A stretch of 37,364 nt of DNA from an uncultured Coprobacillus sp. (GCA_964534245.1 CAZHQU010000001.1:1-37364); one strand, 5' to 3'. Numbered from the stretch's first letter, positions 28,280 through 35,795 are shown. A program made the numbers and translations. Notes: generated by a model from the sequence alone, not told the origin.

Positions 28280-28717
28280 TTATTTAATTTTAAATAGGTT
28301 TGTAATGTCTCTTATAGCACTTTTATTAATTGGTATAAATAAGAATGCTTTTGTAACACAAATTAATTTCAATCCATTAGAAAACTCAAATACTATTTTA
28401 TTTATTCTTTTAGATATTTTTAAACATTCTTCTCTCTCTGATATATATACCCATCTATCAGTATAATATAGTACTTTATTGTCTTTAGTTTCTACTTTAT
28501 TAATTGTTTTAAATAATTTGTTAATTAAGTTTATTAAACAAAGTTCAATAATTAATAAACCAATAGTAGCCCATATCAGAACAGTGCTATTAGCGATAGT
28601 TTCTTTTCCAGCAACCACATAACAAAATAGTAGTAGTGTTACCAAAAAGAATATCCCTAAAAGTTTTACACCAGAAGATAATTTTCTTGAGCTTCTTGTA
28701 TTAATTTTTCGAGTCAT
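28280..28717 (-). CDS. hypothetical membrane protein (2 TM helices plus a soluble tail of about 80 aa)
   Basis: LLGIFFLVTLLLFCYVVAG and VLIWATIGLLIIELCLINLI hydrophobic helices. 8 nt after the yebC-family stop, with no clear SD. Function unknown. Confidence 0.6.
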   Translation of the reverse strand: MTRKINTRSSRKLSSGVKLLGIFFLVTLLLFCYVVAGKETIANSTVLIWATIGLLIIELCLINLINKLFKTINKVETKDNKVLYYTDRWVYISEREECLKISKRINKIVFEFSNGLKLICVTKAFLFIPINKSAIRDITNLFKIK

Positions 28718-28725
28718 GTTATAAA

Positions 28726-29445
28726 TTAATTATTTTTAATATTATGATATAATTCTTGAACATCATCGATGTCATCTAACATTTCTCTGAAACGATCAAA
28801 CTTTCTCATACCTTCTTCATCTACTTCTACGTAGTTTTGAGGAATCCATGTAGTATCATCTTCATCAAATTCAATTTCACCAAATGCTTCTATTAAAGCT
28901 TCACGAACTTTTGAATATGAAGATTGTGGAGCATATACAGTTACATATTCTTCATCTAATTCAACATCATTAACTTCTACATCTGCCATCATTAATGCTT
29001 CTAATACTTCTTCATCAGTATGACCTTTGAAAGTAAAGATTGCTAAATTGTCAAACATGTATGCTACACATCCACTAACACCTAATTTAAATCCACATTT
29101 ACCGAATGCAGTTTTAACAGATGTATATGTTCTATTAACATTGTCTGATAAACAGTCAACCATAACGATACAGTTGTTTGGACCATAACCTTCATAACGA
29201 ACAAAGTTATAAGCTTCACCAATTCCACCTTTTGCTTTTTCAATTGCTCTTTTGATTACGTCTGCAGGAATGTGTTCCTTCTTAGCTCTTTCGATTTCTT
29301 TCTTTAAAGCTTGGTTTACGTCAGGATCAGGAATCCCACTCTTTGCTGCTACATAAATAGCTCTTCCGTATTTTGCATTTTGTTTACTTTTTGCTGCTGC
29401 TGTCTTAGCCATTGAAGCAGCGCGTACCTCATGTGCTCTTCCCAT
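28726..29445 (-). CDS. YebC/PmpR-family DNA-binding transcriptional regulator
   Basis: MGRAHEVRAASMAKTAAAKSKQNAKYGRAIYVAAKSGIPDPDVNQALKKEIERAKKEHIPADVIKRAIEKA is the characteristic N-terminus of the family. 239 aa. Confidence 0.93.
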   Translation of the reverse strand: MGRAHEVRAASMAKTAAAKSKQNAKYGRAIYVAAKSGIPDPDVNQALKKEIERAKKEHIPADVIKRAIEKAKGGIGEAYNFVRYEGYGPNNCIVMVDCLSDNVNRTYTSVKTAFGKCGFKLGVSGCVAYMFDNLAIFTFKGHTDEEVLEALMMADVEVNDVELDEEYVTVYAPQSSYSKVREALIEAFGEIEFDEDDTTWIPQNYVEVDEEGMRKFDRFREMLDDIDDVQELYHNIKNN

Positions 29446-29541
29446 AATAATTCTCCTTTATTTTTTATTTACCCTTTATTATAACATAGTTTTAATAAAA
29501 AATAAACCCCATTAAATATTTTTTATTAACATCTATAAATA

Positions 29542-29584
29542 AAATGACTAATTCTATGATTTCACTCATGATTATTAGTCATTT
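29542..29584 (-). terminator. probable terminator of the peptidase/LRR-lipoprotein operon
   Basis: AAATGACTAAT (29542-29552) / ATTAGTCATTT (29574-29584) 11-bp stem with a large 21-nt loop, followed on the minus strand by TATTTAT. Confidence 0.45.
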
Positions 29585-29637
29585 TAATTTTGATTTTTTA
29601 AATTTTATTATTTTGAATATATAAACTTTTTAATCTT

Positions 29638-30156
29638 TTAATTAATCATTTCATTTATCACATTATAATTAACTATCGTCGTTTCATCTTTAAAACCATC
29701 GCTCCATAAGTCAGGCTTTGTTTCGTGAGCAGTGTTAATGATCAATAAAGGACAATTAGAAAACGCATTATTACCAATTACTTTAACAGTTATTGGCAAA
29801 TATATTGTTGTTAAACTCAAACAATTGTTAAATGCATATTCACCTATACTTTCAACTTCATCAAATCCAAAAGATTTTAAATTTGTACAATTTTCAAATG
29901 CTAGTTTAAAAACATTTGTTAATTTAGGAAACCCTACATTTTCAAGCTTTTCGCAATTTTTAAACGCACCTGTGTAAATAGTTCTAATCCACATTCCATT
30001 TTCTACTGACAGTAATTCTTTACAATTTTCAAACGCATAATATCCAATAAAACCTTCGATTCCGTTAAGTTTAACCGTTTTAAGTTTATCGCACCCATTA
30101 AACATATTGCTACTAATAGCAAAAGGTTTTGTGTTAGTAAAATCTATAACAGTCAA
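29638..30156 (-). CDS. BspA-type leucine-rich-repeat (LRR_5) segment. Probably the 3' part of the frameshifted lipoprotein gene 30153-31535.
   Basis: Repeats AFENC/AFKNC/AFNNC/AFSNC..L every ~23 aa. The track start is TTG with no SD. The same frame stays open upstream to 30180 and encodes RDFAQCKSL, completing an LRR unit. Confidence 0.6.
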   Translation of the reverse strand: MTVIDFTNTKPFAISSNMFNGCDKLKTVKLNGIEGFIGYYAFENCKELLSVENGMWIRTIYTGAFKNCEKLENVGFPKLTNVFKLAFENCTNLKSFGFDEVESIGEYAFNNCLSLTTIYLPITVKVIGNNAFSNCPLLIINTAHETKPDLWSDGFKDETTIVNYNVINEMIN

Positions 30157-31535
30157 ACTTTTACATTGAGCAAAATCGCGCTATCAAAACTAACTATTTC
30201 AATTTCTTCATTTATTTTTTCAAAATATATTTCTTTCAGACTAATACAATATTCAAAAGCATAAGCCTCAATTAAACTTATATTTTTTCCTAGAGTCACA
30301 AATTCTAATATATCATTATTGGAAAAAGCTCTCATGCCAATTTCAGCGATTTTATATGTCACATCATCAATTACATATCCATCAGGAATAACTAAATTAG
30401 CAACGTCTTGTTTCAAACCTAAAATTTTTATACTATTAGGCTCATAAGTAATTATTTCATATTCAAATACAGAGCTAAAATAATCAGTTGTCTTTATATC
30501 TTTTGTTATAGTCTTTTCAATAGTTTCTTCATTCAAAACATAGAAATACGATAATTCTAACGTATAATAACTATTTTCTTCCAATTCTTTTATTGTAATT
30601 CTATCTTTAATGTCTGTAATTTTTGTTACAACTTCTTCATTTTTATATACTACTAATTCTCCAATTAGAAATGAAATGTTTTCACCTAAATTGTTATCGT
30701 TAATATATTCAAAATTTTCTTCTATCTTTACCATTACATCAAACGAAATATAATTATAATTAATATCAACATTTAATATGTCAATTTCTGGAATTATAAT
30801 TTCTTTTTCAGTTGTAACATAAAGTTCTTTTGTTAAAGTCTCTTCTTTAAAACTATTATAATATTCCAAAACAATTAAATATTCTGTATTTTCTTTTAAA
30901 TTATCAAATGTCACTTCAACTTCCTTTGATTCATTAATTAATAAATCACCCATAAAAACTTGAATATTTTTAACTTCACCTATATTATCAATATCATCTT
31001 CATTTATTTTTAATGTAATGCTATCATTACTAACACTAACAATATCTATAGAATATTTTGGTTCAATAGGAAGTGTTTTAAATTTATATTCTAAACTCTG
31101 GCCTTCATACTTATATTTAATTAAATACTCTTTGTTTGATAATAAATCAGATATTATTAAATCTTCTTCATATAGTATTTCTTTTATAAAACTATCTCCA
31201 TCATAAAGTTTAATATCACTAATGGCATTTGCAATATTTAAAGAAATAGAATTTTGCGTAACATTAGTTTGCTTTATTTCTAACGGTTGAACATCTTCAA
31301 ACACTGCATAAACAGTCATATCACTTATTATTGAATCAAGTGGTTTATCCCACCCAACAAACCTTTTTCCTGCTGGGGAAGTAACACTAGGGAAAATTAT
31401 ATTAGTATCTGCTTCAACTTCTATTTTTTCTATTATTTCACCATTGTATCCGATAAATGTAATTATATATTTATTTTCTGTACAGCCTATACTTAGCAAT
31501 ACCAATAATAAAATCAGGTAAATTATTTTCTTCAT
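30153..31535 (-). CDS. surface lipoprotein: Flg_new repeat, three FN3-like modules, start of BspA-type LRR array
   Basis: Lipobox LSIGC. FVGWDKPLDSIISDMTVYAVF. Three ~85-aa modules end LSNKEYLIKYKY / LKENTEYLIVLEY / LEENSYYTLELSY. C-terminal AFSNNDILEF..AFEYCISLKEIYF. GGAGG SD; ATGA overlap with the upstream ORF. Confidence 0.85.
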   Translation of the reverse strand: MKKIIYLILLLVLLSIGCTENKYIITFIGYNGEIIEKIEVEADTNIIFPSVTSPAGKRFVGWDKPLDSIISDMTVYAVFEDVQPLEIKQTNVTQNSISLNIANAISDIKLYDGDSFIKEILYEEDLIISDLLSNKEYLIKYKYEGQSLEYKFKTLPIEPKYSIDIVSVSNDSITLKINEDDIDNIGEVKNIQVFMGDLLINESKEVEVTFDNLKENTEYLIVLEYYNSFKEETLTKELYVTTEKEIIIPEIDILNVDINYNYISFDVMVKIEENFEYINDNNLGENISFLIGELVVYKNEEVVTKITDIKDRITIKELEENSYYTLELSYFYVLNEETIEKTITKDIKTTDYFSSVFEYEIITYEPNSIKILGLKQDVANLVIPDGYVIDDVTYKIAEIGMRAFSNNDILEFVTLGKNISLIEAYAFEYCISLKEIYFEKINEEIEIVSFDSAILLNVKV

Positions 31536-31948
31536 ACAGTATATTCCTCCTCTCGTTTTTCAATCCATATTTCATTACTTAAAACAACATCAACATCTTG
31601 ATCATTTAATAAACAATATTCACTATAATTCACATCATTAATACATGGACAAAATGAGTTACCATAGATATAAACATTCGAGTGACTGTGAACATTATTT
31701 ATTAATTGTAGTGATATTCCTTGGAAATCATTTGATAGTAATTTCAAATATACACTAGTGATATTAGAAATTTGATTGCTCTTAAAGCCTGTATGGCATT
31801 TAAAGAATATTTCTCCATTAGCCATTTCTTCATAACCATATAAAACCGCAGCGTGTCCAGCATCATAATAACAATGTACTGTATCAATTAATGTGTCATC
31901 TACTTGTATTGTTTCATCAAATGCAAAATCATGCATTGTTATAATCAC
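31532..31948 (-). CDS. C-terminal (His-containing) part of a streptopain-like (C10/papain-fold) cysteine peptidase; probable gene fragment
   Basis: YYDAGHAAVLYGYEEMANGEIFFKCHTGF resembles the GHAFVIDG...HVNWGW catalytic-His region of C10 peptidases. The track start is GTG overlapping the upstream TGA. Confidence 0.55.
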   Translation of the reverse strand: MIITMHDFAFDETIQVDDTLIDTVHCYYDAGHAAVLYGYEEMANGEIFFKCHTGFKSNQISNITSVYLKLLSNDFQGISLQLINNVHSHSNVYIYGNSFCPCINDVNYSEYCLLNDQDVDVVLSNEIWIEKREEEYTV

Positions 31949-32958
31949 AGGTCTTCCATATCTAATTCTGCTAATATTTCGTTCATACTAGTTAATTCTA
32001 CTACTTGATAATTATAGCTATAATCTGAAAAAGATTGCATAAATTTATTAAGTATTGAAACCATTTGATTATAAGTTAACATTAGATTTGTTTCTGAATT
32101 TTGTATTCCTGCATAAGGAGCAACAGAATCTATCATCATTTGATTAAATGACTCAGATGGCCCTGGACTATTTAAACAATATCTTAAATCATAAGAGTTT
32201 ACATTAACTGAAGTTATCATATTTTGACCATATGCTTGTTCTGGACAAATATCTGAATTATTAAAAATATCATAATATGATAAAAGTATTTCCGTAGCTA
32301 TGTATCCGCAACTTCCTACTGTATTTGTTGGAAAACTCTCTTTTAAATTAGAAAAATAATATCCTGCAGGGACTGTAACATTATCTAAGACAACATTTGA
32401 AGTAGTTGAATTTAATTCATATTTATAATTTTTAACATCTGAAACATCTACGTAAGAATTAAAAGATTCTATATCACTAAGTTGTAATATATAATTTATT
32501 TGAGATTCAGACAATTCAATTACTTCTTCCCATAAAAGAGTCGGTTTAACATTAATATCTATATAATCTTCAGATTCATCTATAAACATTTCAACCCAGT
32601 ACATCTTGCCATCGTTTTCATCGAATAATCTAATATAAAACTCACAATCATTATTAGTTTTGGGATTATTATACCAATTTGAAATACCATTTGTATTTTT
32701 ATATAATATATCAGCAACACAATTAATTCCGTTTCTCTCAACAAAATCTCGAATTTGATAAGCTACATTTCTAGTAAACAATCCACTCGAATCGTGTTGA
32801 TACATTGTATACCCTTCTTCAACAAACCCTATTCTAATATCATTATTTGAAGAATTTACAATGACAACTCTCCCCTGCTTCATAACATACATGTTCAAAT
32901 CTCCATAATTAGATGCAACTCCTTCAGCTTTCAAAAAGTTAAAAGAAGAAGGAAACAT
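31945..32958 (-). CDS. N-terminal pro-region plus catalytic-Cys part of a streptopain-like cysteine peptidase; probable gene fragment
   Basis: NTVGSCGYIATEILLSYYD (Cys217, nt about 32308-32310) resembles the C10 active-site Cys segment. ATG 32958 has no SD or signal peptide. Confidence 0.6.
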   Translation of the reverse strand: MFPSSFNFLKAEGVASNYGDLNMYVMKQGRVVIVNSSNNDIRIGFVEEGYTMYQHDSSGLFTRNVAYQIRDFVERNGINCVADILYKNTNGISNWYNNPKTNNDCEFYIRLFDENDGKMYWVEMFIDESEDYIDINVKPTLLWEEVIELSESQINYILQLSDIESFNSYVDVSDVKNYKYELNSTTSNVVLDNVTVPAGYYFSNLKESFPTNTVGSCGYIATEILLSYYDIFNNSDICPEQAYGQNMITSVNVNSYDLRYCLNSPGPSESFNQMMIDSVAPYAGIQNSETNLMLTYNQMVSILNKFMQSFSDYSYNYQVVELTSMNEILAELDMEDL

Positions 32959-32990
32959 ACAACAAATAGTCTTTTAATCGTATTTTTCAT
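32931..32990 (-). other. orphaned signal-peptide-encoding start (19 codons) of the peptidase gene, out of frame with 31945-32958
   Basis: GAAGGT SD 8 nt upstream of ATG 32990. Encodes MKNTIKRLFVVCFLLLLTF then TGA. Adding one T in the T5 run (32932-32936) would fuse it to ...FLKAEGVASNYG of the main ORF. Confidence 0.6.
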
Positions 32991-33055
32991 TCACATGTAC
33001 CTTCTATTATTTTAAATTATTTATGAATACATAATTAAATATATTCATCATTCTT

Positions 33056-33084
33056 ATTATACTATATTCAAAAATATTTGTCAA
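33056..33084 (-). promoter_or_regulatory. sigma-A-type promoter of the peptidase/LRR-lipoprotein operon
   Basis: Minus strand TTGACA (33079-33084), 17 nt, TATAAT (33056-33061). Confidence 0.7.
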
Positions 33085-33090
33085 ATAACG

Positions 33091-33222
33091 CATTTGTGGC
33101 GCAAATGGCACTTTTTTTACTCAACCATATGAAAACGCTACAGATTTTATGGCGTTTTTATACTTTTTTTATTTTTTTGCTTGATTCCGCTACACGAAAT
33201 TTTTTTAAAAATTTTTTACTAT
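33091..33222. repeat. copy B of the repeated structured upstream module (partner at 13201-13330)
   Basis: CATTTGTGGCGCAAAT..., hairpin AAAACGCTACAGATTTTATGGCGTTTT (33132-33159), ATTCCGCTACA (33184-33194), then a T7-A5-T6 tract. Same order and orientation as copy A. Confidence 0.8.
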
Positions 33223-33270
33223 ATACAAATGATGGTGCATTTTTTATATAATTCGTTACTTTCTTAAGAT

Positions 33271-33305
33271 AAAAAACGAGCAAGATTTAGATCATCTTGC
33301 TCGTT
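33271..33305 (-). terminator. rho-independent terminator of the amidase lipoprotein gene
   Basis: AACGAGCAAGAT (33275-33286) / ATCTTGCTCGTT (33294-33305) 12-bp stem with a 7-nt loop. The minus-strand T run is the complement of A33271-33276. Confidence 0.85.
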
Positions 33306-33329
33306 TGTTTTTATGTATTTTTATTTATT

Positions 33330-35342
33330 TTATTCAATGCTACTTGCAGCTGGTAAAATTACAGTATAAGTAAATGTTTCATCAAAGTTTTCTCTTGTTG
33401 ATGATAATCTTACTTGATATGTTAATTCTGTTTCAACTTCTGGAGCTTCGATTAGAATACCATTTTCACCAACATATGGACTATCGCAAATTAATTCTAA
33501 TTCCCATCCACGTTTTAAGAATTTAGATGAAATTTCATATTCAAAGTTTACTATATCCATAAATGATTCCCAACGATTTGCATGTCTCATTGTTTGAGGA
33601 CAATCTTTTCCACTGAATGTGTTATGTTGTTTAATATCATATGTTGATAATCCAGTTGATGGTAAAATCACTGTAGCAATTAATTTTGCTGTATAATGCC
33701 ATGTTAAGTAGATATTAGATCCTTTATTAACACATGTTTCAATACCGATACTATTTAAGTTACCACCACGGTTTGAAAGTGTTGCATAAGTAGAGTTCCA
33801 ATATGTATTACTAATCATATAGTAACCATCTTCATTTACATAATTATTAATACCAGTATATGGCAAACTACTATTAGATGGAATTTTTCCATTGCCATTT
33901 TTAGGAGCCATAACTTGACTATCTACACCATTTACTTGGAAGTAACCTGTGCTTTGGTTAATTGTAATCTTACCAGGAGTTTTATCTCCTAAAGGCGCCT
34001 TAATTCCAGAGTTATAAAATTCTAATGGTGTACCTGTTCCATCACCTGCATGGAATCCTACTTCATTTAGTGGCAAATGTTGATATATTCCATCATTACC
34101 TGTAGTATAATGCCATGAAACAGTCGTATTTGTTCCAACAGCATAGTTTGCTGTTGATGCAGCATTTCCTGCTCCACCTACGCCATGAACTGTAACATAT
34201 CTAGCAGAGAATATGTTACCGTTACTTGATGTACCTGGACGGTTACCGTTTCCTTCTGGAATCATTTTTTCTTGAACTTCAATATCTTCAAATAAGTAAT
34301 TAGCAATACCACCTTTTAGAGTTGTGATATATCCTAATGTACTATCCCAAGCTCTTGTACTTTGATATACAACTTTTTCAACAGCTAATTTTTCCATCAT
34401 TGCATATGGATTAAATATACCTAAAATTTTAATTGTAACTGTAGCTTTTAATGTTCCATCAGCAACTGATGTAGCTCTAAATGTAGCTTCACCTTCAGCA
34501 ATAATTGTTACATTACCTTCTTCATCGATATCAGCTTTTGTTCTATTCATTGCTCTCCAAGTTACAGCTTGATCAGATGAACTTGGAGTAACGATTGCTG
34601 TAAGTTTTAATGCATCATCTAAATAATATTCAGTTTGACCATTTGGTAAAATAATTTCGATTCCAGGTTCTGCTTCTTCTTCATAAACAGCAAGTACTTC
34701 TAAGTCGCTAGTTACATTTGTAAATTCTTTATCCCAGCCTTTGAAAGCAAATCCATCAACAACTGGAGCAGTAGGAGCAGTAGCAGCCTTTCCTTCTTCA
34801 ACTTCAACAGTTTCGATAACATTTCCATCTTTATCTTTGAAAGTTACAGTGTATTTATTAACTATAACTTCTTCTTCACCACATTCACATTTACCATCAA
34901 CAAATACATGTTCATGTTTTTCTTCCTCTTTTCCACATTCACATTTGCCATCTGCAAATGTACAATCATGTAATTCTCCACAAACACATTCTCCATTCAC
35001 AAATTCATGTGTATGAGGTTCTTCTTCACCACATTCACATTTTCCATCAACAAATACGTGTTCATGTTTTATTTCTTCCCATTTAGCATAAAGTTTAATA
35101 CTTTCATTACCTAATGAAGAGAATTTCTTTGTTAATTCAGCATCCTCATACCATCCAACAAATTCAAATCCTTCTTTAACTGGCGCATCTGGTAGTTTAA
35201 AATCAGTAATATCTGTTACTTCAACTTTAACAACTTCGCTTCCGCCATTTGTTTCAAATTCAACAACAATTTTTTCTTCATTACATGCAATCATACTGAA
35301 GCACATGCAAACTACTAAAATCAATGCAAATATCTTTTTCAT
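33330..35342 (-). CDS. surface lipoprotein: Flg_new repeats, four His/Cys knuckles, Big_2 domain, C-terminal N-acetylmuramoyl-L-alanine amidase (Amidase_2/PGRP) domain
   Basis: Lipobox MIAC. GFEFVGWY and GFAFKGWD repeats. Amidase_2 hallmarks: VSWHYTTGNDGIYQHLPLNEVGFHAGDG, NSIGIETC, KQHNTFSGKDCPQ. Start moved to ATG 35342 (GGAGG 35351-35355, 8-nt spacer). Confidence 0.9.
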   Translation of the reverse strand: MKKIFALILVVCMCFSMIACNEEKIVVEFETNGGSEVVKVEVTDITDFKLPDAPVKEGFEFVGWYEDAELTKKFSSLGNESIKLYAKWEEIKHEHVFVDGKCECGEEEPHTHEFVNGECVCGELHDCTFADGKCECGKEEEKHEHVFVDGKCECGEEEVIVNKYTVTFKDKDGNVIETVEVEEGKAATAPTAPVVDGFAFKGWDKEFTNVTSDLEVLAVYEEEAEPGIEIILPNGQTEYYLDDALKLTAIVTPSSSDQAVTWRAMNRTKADIDEEGNVTIIAEGEATFRATSVADGTLKATVTIKILGIFNPYAMMEKLAVEKVVYQSTRAWDSTLGYITTLKGGIANYLFEDIEVQEKMIPEGNGNRPGTSSNGNIFSARYVTVHGVGGAGNAASTANYAVGTNTTVSWHYTTGNDGIYQHLPLNEVGFHAGDGTGTPLEFYNSGIKAPLGDKTPGKITINQSTGYFQVNGVDSQVMAPKNGNGKIPSNSSLPYTGINNYVNEDGYYMISNTYWNSTYATLSNRGGNLNSIGIETCVNKGSNIYLTWHYTAKLIATVILPSTGLSTYDIKQHNTFSGKDCPQTMRHANRWESFMDIVNFEYEISSKFLKRGWELELICDSPYVGENGILIEAPEVETELTYQVRLSSTRENFDETFTYTVILPAASSIE

Positions 35343-35442
35343 TTTTAAATCCTCCGATTCACATACATATTTTAACATTTTTTTTAAAATTAGTAAAGAT
35401 ATTATATTATTTATTATTTTTATTTAACATATTATTCCTAAT

Positions 35443-35471
35443 AAAAAAATAAAAGCCCTTATTTAGGCTTT
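35443..35471 (-). terminator. probable terminator after the micro-ORF pair
   Basis: AAAGCC (35452-35457) / GGCTTT (35466-35471) stem with an 8-nt loop. The minus-strand T7 is the complement of A35443-35449. Confidence 0.5.
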
Positions 35472-35662
35472 TACAATTTCTTCGATAAAAAGATTTTGAC
35501 TTTTTCAAAGCTATTTTTTCCCTTCTCACCTATTTTAGAATACCATGAAGGTTTCTTTATGGGGGACTTTAGGTAGTCGGGCAATTCTTTATATATCTTA
35601 TGTAATTTGTTTAAAAACTCTTCAATATCAAAACTATCAAAAATTGATTTCTTTTTGTTCAT
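35471..35662 (-). CDS. hypothetical Lys-rich 63-aa protein
   Basis: MNKKKSIFDSFDIEEFLNKLHKIYKELPDYLKSPIKKPSWY... ATG 35662 lies 13 nt after the YjcZ-like stop, and a terminator follows immediately. No clear SD, no recognisable family. Confidence 0.35.
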   Translation of the reverse strand: MNKKKSIFDSFDIEEFLNKLHKIYKELPDYLKSPIKKPSWYSKIGEKGKNSFEKVKIFLSKKL

Positions 35663-35675
35663 TTTTAAATTTAGC

Positions 35676-35795
35676 TTACCAAGCAAATGCTGCACCACAG
35701 ATAACTAATAGAATGAATAAAACTAAAATGAATGCGTATTTACCATTACCATTCCATCCACCACAGCAAGGATTTACATTGTTACAGTTTCCCAT
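35676..35795 (-). CDS. YjcZ-like tiny hydrophobic (sporulation-type) protein, 39 aa (not in the supplied ORF track)
   Basis: My translation gives MGNCNNVNPCCGGWNGNGKYAFILVLFILLVICGAAFAW. Strong SD AAAGGTGG 5 nt upstream of ATG 35795. The Gly/Cys/Asn-rich head plus FILVLFILLVI core is the YjcZ-family pattern as I recall it. Confidence 0.7.
   Translation of the reverse strand: MGNCNNVNPCCGGWNGNGKYAFILVLFILLVICGAAFAW

Noticed and set aside
32931-32990. Regulatory upstream ORF or leader peptide in front of the 337-aa ORF
   Set aside because: The 19-aa product looks like a complete signal-peptide n- and h-region, it overlaps the main ORF start, and the main ORF lacks both an SD and a signal peptide. 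A frameshifted N-terminus explains all of this more simply.
29732-35016. Plus-strand ORFs 29732-29977, 31018-31206 and 34741-35016
   Set aside because: Antisense shadows of the LRR, FN3-like and His/Cys-knuckle coding regions. The last one simply mirrors the tandem repeat.
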